Made by a program: the position numbers and the translations under genes. The notes under the pieces are model-generated. The model searched no databases, was not told where the DNA came from, and saw only the letters and a program-made list of their open reading frames with translations. From the IMG/VR virus record IMGVR_UViG_3300042922_000923, positions 67,111 through 131,110 of that record: a stretch of DNA of 64,000 nucleotides. One strand, written 5' to 3'. Each line of letters begins with the position of its first letter. The first letter of the stretch is position 1. Shown in pieces: positions 1 to 10,704 of the stretch. The stretch is from a virus.

Positions 1-293
1 ATAAAAAAACCTTAAAAGCAGTTAAGAACTTTCTGCAAAATAGGGAAGGCTGGGATCTAGATGAAGTAAAGGATGATATAGTAGCAGAATTACAATTATT
101 AAAATCTAAAGAAATGAAAGATGCATCATTAGCTACAGATGAATGCAGTATTAACTGGGGAGAAGAGGAAGTATGTGTATTATGCAACTTTATAGATGCT
201 TACACAGACAAATTATTAGAAAAGATGTGTAACGTGTTAGATTCATTTGTTGGTGAAGATATATCTTGTTATTTAGAAGAGGATGAAGAGTGA
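1..293 (+). CDS. 5'-truncated hypothetical acidic protein
   Basis: Open frame 3 from the window edge (KKTLKAVKNFLQNREGWDLDE...) to TGA at 291-293. Confidence 0.6.
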   Translation, partial: KKTLKAVKNFLQNREGWDLDEVKDDIVAELQLLKSKEMKDASLATDECSINWGEEEVCVLCNFIDAYTDKLLEKMCNVLDSFVGEDISCYLEEDEE

Positions 294-297
294 TAGC

Positions 298-501
298 ATG
301 AAAGATAAGAAAAAGCTAGTAGATTTTGTTGTAGATGCTCTTATCATATTGGGACTAACTTCTCTAGTTGTAATGGGATGGTATTTTTTAGAAATGCTTA
401 TGCTAGGTGATATAAATCCTAACTCAGTAGATAGTATTATTGCATTAATATTAATAATTTCATTGTATGCAAATCTAGAACATTGGATTAAGAAATATTA
501 A
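298..501 (+). CDS. Small two-TM membrane protein
   Basis: Two hydrophobic stretches; likely start at ATG 298. Confidence 0.6.
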   Translation: MKDKKKLVDFVVDALIILGLTSLVVMGWYFLEMLMLGDINPNSVDSIIALILIISLYANLEHWIKKY

Positions 502-541
502 TGTAGTTATAAATATATAAATTTAGAAAGAAGGAATAATA

Positions 542-1042
542 ATGAAAGAAGAAAAAGTAGAATATTTAGGAGAAGGATCAGCTCTTTGTACTGGAGTAAT
601 GTTATTTGATATGACTGTAAAAGTAAAAAAATTGGTGGATAACGCAGTAATTCCTAATTATGCGCATGATGGAGATGCTGGATTAGACTTATATGCCGTA
701 GGAAGTTATACTCTAGCTCCAGGAGAAAGAGTTTTAGTAAAGACTGGTATAGCAATAGAGTTACCTGTACATGCTGAAGCTCAAATAAGGCCAAGAAGTG
801 GCCTAGCACTTAAGCATGGGATAACTGTACTAAATGCTCCTGGAACTGTAGATGCAGGTTATAGAGGTGAAGTTGGAGTAATATTAATTAATCATGGAAA
901 TGAAACATTTAATATTGCTGAAGGAGATAAAATTGCTCAAATGGTTGTAAAGCCAGTGTATAAAATAAATATGGAAGTTGTAGATGAATTAATTTCTGCT
1001 GAGAGAGCTGAAAAAGGATTTGGATCATCAGGAAATAAATAG
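542..1042 (+). CDS. dut: Trimeric dUTPase
   Basis: Motifs [28 protein letters not shown] and [10 protein letters not shown]. Confidence 0.97.
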   Translation: MKEEKVEYLGEGSALCTGVMLFDMTVKVKKLVDNAVIPNYAHDGDAGLDLYAVGSYTLAPGERVLVKTGIAIELPVHAEAQIRPRSGLALKHGITVLNAPGTVDAGYRGEVGVILINHGNETFNIAEGDKIAQMVVKPVYKINMEVVDELISAERAEKGFGSSGNK

Positions 1043-1058
1043 AAAAGAGGAATGCAGC

Positions 1059-1424
1059 ATGGATGCAACAAAAAATATGATTAATAATCAAAAGAAACAC
1101 CAAATACCTGAGAAAAGTAAAGAACAGATGGAACAAGAAGCTTTTATGAATAGTCCTATTACACGACAAGAAACAATGGAATACGTACAACAGACTGTAG
1201 CAAGTGTAACAATATCTTTTAACACTATATTTAGCATATTTCAAAAGACTTTAATAACTAAGGGCCTTGTGACTTTAGAAGACCTTGAAAAAGTAAGTGA
1301 AGAAGTATTAAAAAAACAAGGAATTATACAGGATGAAGCAAAGGATGACACTGAACCTGAAAAATCAGATATAACTGAAGACTCACCTAAGCCTAGTAAG
1401 GATAATCATAAAAAGCATAAATAA
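1059..1424 (+). CDS. Hypothetical protein
   Basis: ORF with RBS (GAGG) before ATG 1059. Confidence 0.65.
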   Translation: MDATKNMINNQKKHQIPEKSKEQMEQEAFMNSPITRQETMEYVQQTVASVTISFNTIFSIFQKTLITKGLVTLEDLEKVSEEVLKKQGIIQDEAKDDTEPEKSDITEDSPKPSKDNHKKHK

Positions 1425-1429
1425 AGTAT

Positions 1430-1456
1430 AAAAGAGCGATATTACTCGCTCTTTTT
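1430..1456. terminator. Bidirectional intrinsic terminator
   Basis: aaaagagcga-tattac-tcgctcttttt between convergent genes. Confidence 0.85.
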
Positions 1457-1458
1457 GT

Positions 1459-2490
1459 TTATAACTTTGTTGCATGTCCTTTGGTATCAAAATGATAACC
1501 ATAAATATCTGTGCCTACTATTAATTCACCTGTAGAATAAGTTAGATAATCATACCCCTCTACACTAAACCATCCAGTAACCATTGAACCATCTGGATTA
1601 AAATAGTACCAATTATTGTTTATAAATTGCCAGCCGGTCTTCATAGATCCATCATTAGAATCTCCAAGATAATACCATTTACTATCTTTAAGTAACCATC
1701 CTGACTTCATTGAACCATCACCAGAGTCACCTAGATAATACCAGCTATTACCATATTTTTTCCAATCATAAAGCATCCATCCATCTTTATCAAAGAAGTA
1801 CCATTTTTCATTTATAAACTCCCATCCATTGGAAGTATAACTTCCATCATCGTGTTTATACCACCATCTGTTATCTTTGATAATCCATTGTCCTGGTTTA
1901 ATAGTATACTTAAGTGCAACACCCTCAGTAAATACATTAACATCACATTTGTCAGATACACCATTTACTATACCAGTTTCAGTATATTGATGACCTACTC
2001 TATTTGTGAAAAAATTTGATGGTAGATTCCAAGGATCATTGTTATAGTTAGCCTCCCATAAAGGAATATCCTTAATCATATCATAAGCATCATATATTAA
2101 ATCAATGAAACTTGTATAAGAGTAAATTCCTAGAGTTAAAGGACTTAACTTTCTAAATTCTATTATAAATCTTTCTAGGTAATTAGGAAGTCCATCAAAA
2201 GATGTTTCAACATCTACCATAGGGATTAGATCCCACTCGTAATCTTTTATCATTGAATAAAAATTTCTAGCTTGATCCTCAGGTAAAGAAGTTCCAACAA
2301 GAAAATGATATGCTCCTACCTTTAGATTATTATCCTTGCATTTAGAATAGAAAGGCTGCATAGAAGCATCTTGAAATGAAGTTCCTTCTGTGGCTTTTAA
2401 ATAAACATATTGAACTCCATCAGCTGCCACTGAAGAGAAGTCTATATAACTATTATTATTTGAAATATCAATACCTTTTATGTTTCCCAT
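1459..2490 (-). CDS. Endolysin, GH25 muramidase with C-terminal cell-wall/choline-binding-type repeats
   Basis: KGIDIS, YLKATEG, GAYHF, DVE and DVN motifs followed by GW...WYY repeats; start after AGGAGG at 2490. Confidence 0.93.
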   Translation of the reverse strand: MGNIKGIDISNNNSYIDFSSVAADGVQYVYLKATEGTSFQDASMQPFYSKCKDNNLKVGAYHFLVGTSLPEDQARNFYSMIKDYEWDLIPMVDVETSFDGLPNYLERFIIEFRKLSPLTLGIYSYTSFIDLIYDAYDMIKDIPLWEANYNNDPWNLPSNFFTNRVGHQYTETGIVNGVSDKCDVNVFTEGVALKYTIKPGQWIIKDNRWWYKHDDGSYTSNGWEFINEKWYFFDKDGWMLYDWKKYGNSWYYLGDSGDGSMKSGWLLKDSKWYYLGDSNDGSMKTGWQFINNNWYYFNPDGSMVTGWFSVEGYDYLTYSTGELIVGTDIYGYHFDTKGHATKL

Positions 2491-2506
2491 AGAAAATTCC
2501 TCCTTA

Positions 2507-3700
2507 TTAGTTAATACATGCACCATTTGAATCAAAGGTATATTGAACTCCATCAATTAAAATTGTACAGTCAGTATAACAATAACCTTTATCAATATCT
2601 AAATAATATTTTTTAGCAGGACTTTCATAGAACCAACCAGTTAGCATAGCTCCATCAGAACCTACTCTATACCATTTTTCTTTCCAGAGTATCCATTTAT
2701 CTGTTGCCATTGCACAAGTTTGTGCTTCAAAGTAATACCATTTATCTTTCCAAATTACCCAGTCTCCATCTACAGCATAGATATCATTAAAATAGTACCA
2801 AAGATATTTTATTTGTTTCCAGCAATCCTTAGCTAATGTTACACCATCCTCAGAGTATATCCATTTTCCTGTAGAATCAGTATCCCATCCTACTCTATAG
2901 TTTACTATTACAGGTTTATTTATAGGCTTATCTGTAATCATATAATAGTCATTAATTATACTAGAATTTTCATCTAGCCAAAGATTATGATCCCATGCAC
3001 CACTCCATGAATTAAAAAGTTCATATTTTCCTGATTGAGTTCCTAATTGATATCCAATAATAAGCATTTCATGATTTCCTAGTTTTGTTCCTTCAGGATC
3101 TGTAGGAATTTCGTAGTTATTATTTATTGCTTGATAGAAATTAGAATAAACTTTAACACTTATAAGAACAGGAATACCTTGTGCTAATAATCCGTAAACT
3201 TCACTAGCATCTACTTTTACATATCCATTAATTTTATTAGTAGCTGCATTTTCAAATATTTCATCTTTATTTGGATTATTCATTAATTCATCACGAATGG
3301 CAGGGTACTCTTCTGCAATGTTGAAAAGGTCTAGCAAAGGTATACCTTCTTTTCTTGCATGGTCTAGAACTTGCCTTTCATAGCATCCTATACCTTGAAA
3401 GTCAGAATCATCTCTGTCAGCATATAAAAACCACCATGACAAAGCTTTTTTAGAACCTTTTAGATACATTATACTAGAAGCAGTGGCACAACACGTACAG
3501 GCCCCTATAGAGCCTTGGTCAACCTTAATAGGTAAGTTTATAGGCAAATGAATATTATTACGCTCTGTGGAGTCAATAGAGGCTATTCCTGACACCATAT
3601 CAAGAGTATAGTCACGTAAGTCAATAGGCTGGTCTTCAGGAATTAAAGGATGCTTTTTTAACATATCTTGGATATACTTATCATTAATTACAGTATTCAT
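2507..3700 (-). CDS. Papain-like (C1A) cysteine peptidase with cell-wall-binding repeats
   Basis: DQGSIGAC (catalytic Cys), GNHEMLIIGY (His) and NSW (Asn), then WYY repeats. Confidence 0.85.
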   Translation of the reverse strand: MNTVINDKYIQDMLKKHPLIPEDQPIDLRDYTLDMVSGIASIDSTERNNIHLPINLPIKVDQGSIGACTCCATASSIMYLKGSKKALSWWFLYADRDDSDFQGIGCYERQVLDHARKEGIPLLDLFNIAEEYPAIRDELMNNPNKDEIFENAATNKINGYVKVDASEVYGLLAQGIPVLISVKVYSNFYQAINNNYEIPTDPEGTKLGNHEMLIIGYQLGTQSGKYELFNSWSGAWDHNLWLDENSSIINDYYMITDKPINKPVIVNYRVGWDTDSTGKWIYSEDGVTLAKDCWKQIKYLWYYFNDIYAVDGDWVIWKDKWYYFEAQTCAMATDKWILWKEKWYRVGSDGAMLTGWFYESPAKKYYLDIDKGYCYTDCTILIDGVQYTFDSNGACIN

Positions 3701-3757
3701 ATAATCATACCTTTCTTTTTATGTTTAAAAAAGTAACCCATGAGGTTACTTTTATTG

Positions 3758-4336
3758 CTATTGAGCAGCTGTTGAATTTTCAGTTGTATTAGCAAGTATA
3801 GACTGAGTATCTGTAGCTTCTACTTTAGGTGTAGTAAAAGCTGCTTGTACATTATCTGGAATTGAACTAAGCTTACCCTCAAGATCTTCAGCTTTTGATG
3901 TTAAAGTAGCTATTGTAGCTTGCATTGTAGCTGCTTCAGCTTGAAGCTGTTTAATTATGCTTGATTGGTCAATTACAGAAGATTTTCCCTGATTTACTTC
4001 ACCAGCTATAGCTTGCCTTAACGATGTTAATTCATCTTGAGTCAATCCAGGTATCTTTTTAAGCATCAACTTATCAAATTCATCAGCTTTAGATCCTAGT
4101 GCTGTAGCAATGCTGTCAGTTATTCTAAACTTTTCATCTATTTCATAGAATGATTCCCATGCAGTCTTAACAACTTCTTCTTTACCAGCATCTTTAATCT
4201 GAGCTTCAGCTAGTTCCCTCTTTTTAACTAAATAAGCAGTAACATTTTTTCCAACCTCTTTAATTATAAGAACCAGTGCACCAACGATTGCAGTATCTAA
4301 ATATGGAACAAGTTGACCGAAAAAAAACTCTTTCAT
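3758..4336 (-). CDS. Putative holin-like protein (N-terminal TM, coiled-coil tail)
   Basis: N-terminal hydrophobic segment; lies directly upstream of the lysis enzymes. Confidence 0.55.
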   Translation of the reverse strand: MKEFFFGQLVPYLDTAIVGALVLIIKEVGKNVTAYLVKKRELAEAQIKDAGKEEVVKTAWESFYEIDEKFRITDSIATALGSKADEFDKLMLKKIPGLTQDELTSLRQAIAGEVNQGKSSVIDQSSIIKQLQAEAATMQATIATLTSKAEDLEGKLSSIPDNVQAAFTTPKVEATDTQSILANTTENSTAAQ

Positions 4337-4418
4337 TTTAAATTCCCTCCTGTATTTTACTTAAAGGCTTCTTGCCTTTCTAGTAATAATATTAGTTCAG
4401 TAACAAGAGAGTTTTATG

Positions 4419-5102
4419 TTAAAGTGAATAATTTTTGAACTTAAGACCATTTAAATCTCCATTCAGAGAGTTTAGAGTATGTTGAGCATCATTAAGCAAG
4501 TCAGAATACACAGAACAATAAGTATCGAAAATAGATACAGCCTTAGAATAAGCATCCTTATAAAAAAGAGAAGCACAGCATACTGTATAGATTGTTTCCA
4601 TGACGTACTGGATTCTAGGATAATGCCAACATTCAAATTTTTTACTCACTATTTTTAGGCACTCACGCTCTTCAGCTGTATAGCTATCATCTTTTAAGAA
4701 GAATATCTCCATTTCAGATAAACTTTGTTCTATATTATTTTTGAACATAGTGTATATCTCAGTGGAGGATATATCCTGATTGGTGTCAAGTCTTTCATCT
4801 ATTTCTTCAGCTAGAGCTAATAATGTGTCATATCCTATTTTTATTTTTGCTAATAAAAGACAACGGAATACTGCTTCTTTTCCTTTATTTGGAATAGAAA
4901 AAGTAGTTTCTACTTGATTTGTATACATGGTTAGTCTGTTAAAAAGAATATGTGTAGCTAACTTTGGCTTTTCTGCTGCCGCCTTTTTTTGCTTTAAACA
5001 GTATTCAAGCTTCACTTTTCTAAAATCAAAGTACGCTTTAAGTCCTATTCCAAGCAAGCTTCCTGCTAAACTTACTAGCGCAACTATTATTTCTATCTGC
5101 AT
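4419..5102 (-). CDS. Membrane-anchored hypothetical protein
   Basis: N-terminal TM (IIVALVSLAGSLLGIGL); RBS AGGAG before ATG 5102. Confidence 0.65.
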   Translation of the reverse strand: MQIEIIVALVSLAGSLLGIGLKAYFDFRKVKLEYCLKQKKAAAEKPKLATHILFNRLTMYTNQVETTFSIPNKGKEAVFRCLLLAKIKIGYDTLLALAEEIDERLDTNQDISSTEIYTMFKNNIEQSLSEMEIFFLKDDSYTAEERECLKIVSKKFECWHYPRIQYVMETIYTVCCASLFYKDAYSKAVSIFDTYCSVYSDLLNDAQHTLNSLNGDLNGLKFKNYSL

Positions 5103-5342
5103 AATTATCAGCTCCTTTACTAGTAATATCAAAACACTACATAGTATTATTTCTGAGGTATAAAAAAAGAGCGATTTACGCTCTTTAAGGAATATACTAT
5201 ATATGTTGTTTACTACTCAATTTTTTCCTATTGTAGTTTTGCTTATAATTTTTAAATATGCAGTTCCAAAGTTTATTTCTTTCCCACAAAAATTTTTACT
5301 TGTGTTTATTTGTAAAGCCATAACATTAACCTTCTTTCTAAT

Positions 5343-6848
5343 TTATTGGGTATCATACTCAACATTTATCATGTAATAATAAAACTTTCCTGTATCGGCT
5401 GTGCTTGATTTTATTTTTAAAGTTGTACCATCTATATAACCATATCCTATGCCATCAATCTCATAGCCAGATATTCCCATGCCAACCGCGAAATACTTTG
5501 CAACAGCGTGGCCTAGATAGTAAGGGAATGTACCTACCGTTGTATCACTAGATGTTAAGGCGGAGGTGGTTTTGCAATAAAGTTCTAATATAACTCTTTT
5601 ATTTTTCTTTGTTATAACATTTCTAGTTCCTATTTGTGTGAAGCCACTTGCTAATGTAACTGATGATTTTATAATATTTATGTCATCCGAATATCCAAAA
5701 TAGGTGTTGTTATCTATATAACCCATGAATTTTGTTTTATCAATATTACTAAATTGTCCACTACCCGTAATTCCAGTAGTATCATAGTTAACTGTTGTTA
5801 AATATGAATTAGTGAGAGAAAAATATTTAGCTGAATTTTCACTGTCTGTGTCAAAATAAAAAAGATATGGATTAGTCGAAACGTTGGGTGCTTTATATAC
5901 TAATATATTATAAGAAGGGTATAATTCAGTAATAACTGGTCTATGGAGAGTTCCTATAACATAAAAAGCATATTGATATGAATCAGGACTACTTTTTGAA
6001 ATAATTGGGCTTCCATTTAATTTGCACCATATAGAGCCTTCTAATAAAGTTGTGTCCCATATCCATAAATGTATCTCAGTAAAAATACTAGTTCCCTCAG
6101 TATACCAGCCAATGTAATTATCAACGCCGAATATTTTAGTAAAATGGCAGTCGTTTGTCGTAACTTTAAACCCCATACCGGCAGTTGTTTTTCCTTTTAT
6201 TGTCATCTCGCTGAATCTTAATTCATATCCAGATACAACATTAAATCCAATCCCTGTGTTATTTAAATATTCTATACATTCAACAATTCCCCGTCTACCG
6301 TACGTAACATGAAGCCCTTCACCAGCTAAACTATTCATATCTAGTATTATATTTTTTATGTGTAAAAAATCCGAATCAGTGTTTATATCAATCATTTTAG
6401 AAACTGCCGAAACTGCTTTTATTGTTGCATAATTTAAATTCATTTTTATAGCATCTGTGATCGATAGTGTTGAACTTATTAAGTAAATTTGAGATTCGCT
6501 AGATTCTAATCTTAAATTATTTGCAATTGCATAATCTATAGCGCTTTGTAAATTAACTGTGTCGTCTGTTATTCCATCACCAATACAACCAAACATTTCA
6601 GGGCATACCCATTTTGTTTTCTTCGCTACATCTGACAATTGTGCAGTATTTTCATTTACTGCATTAACTAAATCTTTATTAGTAGTATTTAACTTACTAG
6701 TGTCACCAACTTCATTTGTATAAATATATTCTAAAGTTTTACCATTATTTAAGATAACTGCATCTCCAGAAGTATATACATCAACGTCCTCAACATCATC
6801 TGAATCTTCAAGTATTGCGTGGATACGTGCTTTTTTTAGGTTAGACAT
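5343..6848 (-). CDS. Tailspike/fibre with pectate-lyase-like beta-helix (putative depolymerase)
   Basis: PEMFGCIGDGITDDTVNLQSAID motif typical of the start of beta-helix tailspikes; at the end of the baseplate operon. Confidence 0.75.
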   Translation of the reverse strand: MSNLKKARIHAILEDSDDVEDVDVYTSGDAVILNNGKTLEYIYTNEVGDTSKLNTTNKDLVNAVNENTAQLSDVAKKTKWVCPEMFGCIGDGITDDTVNLQSAIDYAIANNLRLESSESQIYLISSTLSITDAIKMNLNYATIKAVSAVSKMIDINTDSDFLHIKNIILDMNSLAGEGLHVTYGRRGIVECIEYLNNTGIGFNVVSGYELRFSEMTIKGKTTAGMGFKVTTNDCHFTKIFGVDNYIGWYTEGTSIFTEIHLWIWDTTLLEGSIWCKLNGSPIISKSSPDSYQYAFYVIGTLHRPVITELYPSYNILVYKAPNVSTNPYLFYFDTDSENSAKYFSLTNSYLTTVNYDTTGITGSGQFSNIDKTKFMGYIDNNTYFGYSDDINIIKSSVTLASGFTQIGTRNVITKKNKRVILELYCKTTSALTSSDTTVGTFPYYLGHAVAKYFAVGMGISGYEIDGIGYGYIDGTTLKIKSSTADTGKFYYYMINVEYDTQ

Positions 6849-6862
6849 TTTAATCGACCTCC

Positions 6863-7111
6863 TTAGTCAATGTATATTTCTAAATCTGGATCAGTTTTAG
6901 TAACAGTCCCATCTTCTAGAGTAAGTCCAATAGCATAACTCATAATACTTGCGTCCTTTATTTTGAAATAAAGCATAGCATCCTTACGTTCTGGAACTAT
7001 AGGAAGTGTTGTACCCTCATAAAGAATATCTCTATTATCTAATTCAGAAATTACGTCTACAACCTGAGTAAAAATCTCCTTCATATTGTCTTTATTTAAA
7101 TCAATATTCAT
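6863..7111 (-). CDS. Small hypothetical tail-region protein
   Basis: ORF in operon with RBS. Confidence 0.55.
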   Translation of the reverse strand: MNIDLNKDNMKEIFTQVVDVISELDNRDILYEGTTLPIVPERKDAMLYFKIKDASIMSYAIGLTLEDGTVTKTDPDLEIYID

Positions 7112-7121
7112 AAACTTTCAC

Positions 7122-7292
7122 CTACTTTGTATCTAGAGTTTGATTAGTGGAACTATTTATTTGCTCCTGGAGCTTATCAAATTTTTCAGATAAGCTTTGG
7201 TAATTTTCTTTTAAATCTATAATATCTTTTTCAGCTGGAGTTAAATCAAATATTAAAGCACCTGAATGCTTGTCTTTTCTTATATCTGGCAT
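7122..7292 (-). CDS. Small 56-aa coiled-coil tail-region protein (not in ORF track)
   Basis: MPDIRKDKHSGALIFDLTP... preceded by GAGGTG; fills the operon gap. Confidence 0.6.
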   Translation of the reverse strand: MPDIRKDKHSGALIFDLTPAEKDIIDLKENYQSLSEKFDKLQEQINSSTNQTLDTK

Positions 7293-7347
7293 AAATTATT
7301 CACCTCTTTATAAATTTTTGGGGAACTTATTTAAGCTCCCCTATTAT

Positions 7348-10300
7348 TTATTTTATTATATTCATGAAATTCTTAGCTTTTGGAATAACAGTTGGATCTG
7401 CTGTGGATAGATTAACTCTAGCTCTAAACTTAGTTGCAGTAGCACCACCAGCAAGAGTTGTCTGGAAGGTATACTTAGTATACTCTGTGTCTACTGTAGC
7501 AGTTGATACTTGAGTTGCAGTTACCCAAGAAGATTCAGTTGTTCCATTTCCATCTGTACAGAACTGAACTGTTGCTGTGCATCCTGAAGGTAACTTAAGG
7601 TCCACAACCTGTTTTACAGTTGTAAAAGGCTGAGACATTACTACATTTTTTGTAACATAAGAACCAGAAGTCTTAAATAACAATGTTTCTAGTCTTATTA
7701 AATCAGAACTTAGAACCGGGGAAACTAATTGTGTTCCAGTAAATTTAGCTCTTATTTGAACTTTAGATGTAACTGCACCTAAGTATGTGAGAACATAAGG
7801 AGTTAATGAGAACCAGTTATTAGTATTCTTTGTTATATCATTGTCAGTTCTATATTCCCATACACAATTACAGCCTATTGGTAAAATAGCATCAGTATCA
7901 AGGTATAATACATTAGCATTTACATTAATAGGATTAAATACAGCTATACCTGATGGATTAAATTTCTGTGATAAAAGTTTCATCTTAAGGTCCATGTTTT
8001 GGTTTGGAGTCCATGTTAACGCGTTACTTGATGTAAATAGAACACCACCAGCATTAATTTGACTAGATACTTTAGCACCAGTTAGAATATCTGTCTTACC
8101 TACTGTTGAAGTAAATAATTGATAATCTGTGCTATCTGATTCAATGATAATACAATATTGCTTGTCTCCATCACAATATATTGGATTATCAAAGATAACA
8201 GTAGTTTCAGAAGTACCTTTAGCACTAACATTAACCTGATTAGGAGTTAAAACCTTAGCTGCATACTGAGTAGTACTAGGGAAACCATTATCCATTCCTC
8301 TTAGCTCTATAGTTACATTAGATGAATTTGATTTGGTTAAGAAGTATAATGTAACTCCTGAAATAAAACAAGAATCGTCTAAGCTAAAGCTTTGTGCTAC
8401 TGGATCATAAGGTTTATAAATTGTATTTACATGATTTATAGTTTGATAAGTATCATATACTATTCCAGTGCTTGTAAATATTGATGAACCTGTTACAGTT
8501 GCATTAGATCCTGAAACATCAGACAACGTACCAGTAATAACTACTTTCTTTGTTCCTGTTAATACGTTAGGAGGAATTACAAAGGTTCCTTGTGTATATC
8601 CATTTACATCTGCTTTTAATGTCCCGGGTTTAGTACCTACGTATGCTGCTTGTGCAGAACATGTAACTTGTATTCCATCAAATGTTACAACTAGATTATC
8701 TTGATAAGGCATGAAATTATAACCAGTAACAGTTATAGTATCTTGAGGAATGTATAAATATAATCTTGATTTAATACTTGTAGTAACTGTTATGTTATTA
8801 GTTTCTGATGCCTGAAGTGTTTCATAGTAGTATTGGTTTCTATAGTATTTTGAAGCAACAATATTATTTGTTATATTTTGATAAGTATCTGTAGTATATA
8901 CATTTCCTACTTGAGATGTAGCTGAAGGTGAAAGTGAAACTACAGCTGACTTAGTATATATAGCATAAGGATTGACCGATAAGGTTTCAGTAGCATTACT
9001 TTGATTTAATAGTACATTTGTAGCACTTACAGATTTTGAAAATATATTTGAACCTATTTTATTTACAGATGAATTTACTGTATCTAAAGTCAAATAAGTA
9101 GATGCTCTTGTAAAATCAGGAAGCAACACTCTCTCAGTAACATCTAGTGAAGATTTAAATAAACTATGAGTTAAGTCACATTTATCAAAGTTTACAAAAG
9201 AGTCTGTAAGAATACCTTTTAAACTTGATGCTGATTCACCTTGCATAGCTGTAGAATCTAAGTTGCTTATAGCATCGTTATATTCCAAATCTTCAATACG
9301 CTGCATCATCGCCCACAATTTTTCAATAGTGAATCTTTGAATTGCGTTATTGTTAATTTCAATGTTATCTGAATTTGCGGAAATAGTAACTATTCCAAGT
9401 CTAAAATAATCAATATTATTAAAGTCAGGGCAAGCTACTCTATCATAAATATCTGATTCACCTTTAAGAACATATATGTTTCCTTCTTTATCCATAACAA
9501 CAACATCTTGTCTACTTAAATAGAAAGTATAAGTTATAGTGAAAGAAGTAGTATCTACAGGAAGATCACCAGTCATACCTGTAAAATCTATATAGTCTCC
9601 AGTAGTATCACTTGTTAGCTTGTAATCAAAATCTTTAGCAAGAGTTTTGTTGTATCTCCAAATACAAGTATAAGTTGACCCTATTGCAGGTTCTGCACCA
9701 GATAAACTCCAATCTATAGAATTTCCTGTAAGTTGATAATCAGTACCTTTTACATAAGTAGTACTACCTGCTGTTATGCTAGTTATATCTACAACTGGTG
9801 TTGCAGGTAAAAGGTCTGAGCCTCCAGCAGTATTACCTCTTGTTATTGTTTGAGTTCTTGAAACTTGAGCTATTATCTCTTCAACAGCACAAGCTGGAGA
9901 ATTATTTAATTTATATTTACTAGTACCAGTATGATATATTTTAGGTTCTCCAATAACTTCTCTAGTATCTTTTGCTTTGTCTGCATAGATAATAGTTGCA
10001 GCTTGCTTTGTTATAGCATATCCTTTTACATAAGCTTTTCCTGCATTTACAGAAAGTTTTAATTGTGTACCATCTCCACTTTCTTCCTTCTTATCTATTA
10101 TTTCTAATCCAAATACTTTGTAGTTTCCTACTTCATCATAAGTTCTACTTGCTAGAGCTTCATTTACTACTGCAAGGTCAGTAACAGTATTACTATTAAT
10201 TAATGATCCATCTTGAAGCTTATAAATAACTTGAGCAGTACTATTGTTAGCAACTATAGCAATAGTTTCTTGTAACCTATGTGCTCCAGGCAAACCATAA

Positions 10301-10701
10301 TTTTCTTCATTTTCAGCAGGATCTAGTAAACTGTTATCTTCAGATTCTGTAATTATAGTTTGATTAATTAGAGCACCTATAGTTTCCTCTCCAATACCTG
10401 TAATTGTAACGTGAGACTCATGTACGTCTCTAACTAAACCAGACATATAAATTTTTCCAGGACTGATTGTAACGTTAGTTCCTGATATTATAATTTCACA
10501 ACCAGAAATTATGGTACCTTCAGTTACAAGGGTATCTGATATTCTTTTTAAGTATTCTCTTTGAATAGCTTGAGTTTCATTTACTTCTTGTGCCTGTTCT
10601 ACGTATCCAGCTCTGTAGAGTACAGCTGTGTAATTTTTGCTTGCATCATATCTATTGTAATAAGGATCTCCATTGGTAATTACTGAACTCATGCAATGCA
10701 C
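7348..10701 (-). CDS. Large baseplate/adsorption-associated tail protein (DUF4815-like)
   Basis: N-terminal DPYYNRYD...VLYRAGY..QAQEVNE.Q; RTYDEVGNY; LKGILTDSF; position typical of SPO1/Twort-like phages. Confidence 0.8.
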   Translation of the reverse strand: MHCMSSVITNGDPYYNRYDASKNYTAVLYRAGYVEQAQEVNETQAIQREYLKRISDTLVTEGTIISGCEIIISGTNVTISPGKIYMSGLVRDVHESHVTITGIGEETIGALINQTIITESEDNSLLDPAENEENYGLPGAHRLQETIAIVANNSTAQVIYKLQDGSLINSNTVTDLAVVNEALASRTYDEVGNYKVFGLEIIDKKEESGDGTQLKLSVNAGKAYVKGYAITKQAATIIYADKAKDTREVIGEPKIYHTGTSKYKLNNSPACAVEEIIAQVSRTQTITRGNTAGGSDLLPATPVVDITSITAGSTTYVKGTDYQLTGNSIDWSLSGAEPAIGSTYTCIWRYNKTLAKDFDYKLTSDTTGDYIDFTGMTGDLPVDTTSFTITYTFYLSRQDVVVMDKEGNIYVLKGESDIYDRVACPDFNNIDYFRLGIVTISANSDNIEINNNAIQRFTIEKLWAMMQRIEDLEYNDAISNLDSTAMQGESASSLKGILTDSFVNFDKCDLTHSLFKSSLDVTERVLLPDFTRASTYLTLDTVNSSVNKIGSNIFSKSVSATNVLLNQSNATETLSVNPYAIYTKSAVVSLSPSATSQVGNVYTTDTYQNITNNIVASKYYRNQYYYETLQASETNNITVTTSIKSRLYLYIPQDTITVTGYNFMPYQDNLVVTFDGIQVTCSAQAAYVGTKPGTLKADVNGYTQGTFVIPPNVLTGTKKVVITGTLSDVSGSNATVTGSSIFTSTGIVYDTYQTINHVNTIYKPYDPVAQSFSLDDSCFISGVTLYFLTKSNSSNVTIELRGMDNGFPSTTQYAAKVLTPNQVNVSAKGTSETTVIFDNPIYCDGDKQYCIIIESDSTDYQLFTSTVGKTDILTGAKVSSQINAGGVLFTSSNALTWTPNQNMDLKMKLLSQKFNPSGIAVFNPINVNANVLYLDTDAILPIGCNCVWEYRTDNDITKNTNNWFSLTPYVLTYLGAVTSKVQIRAKFTGTQLVSPVLSSDLIRLETLLFKTSGSYVTKNVVMSQPFTTVKQVVDLKLPSGCTATVQFCTDGNGTTESSWVTATQVSTATVDTEYTKYTFQTTLAGGATATKFRARVNLSTADPTVIPKAKNFMNIIK

Positions 10702-10704
10702 CTC

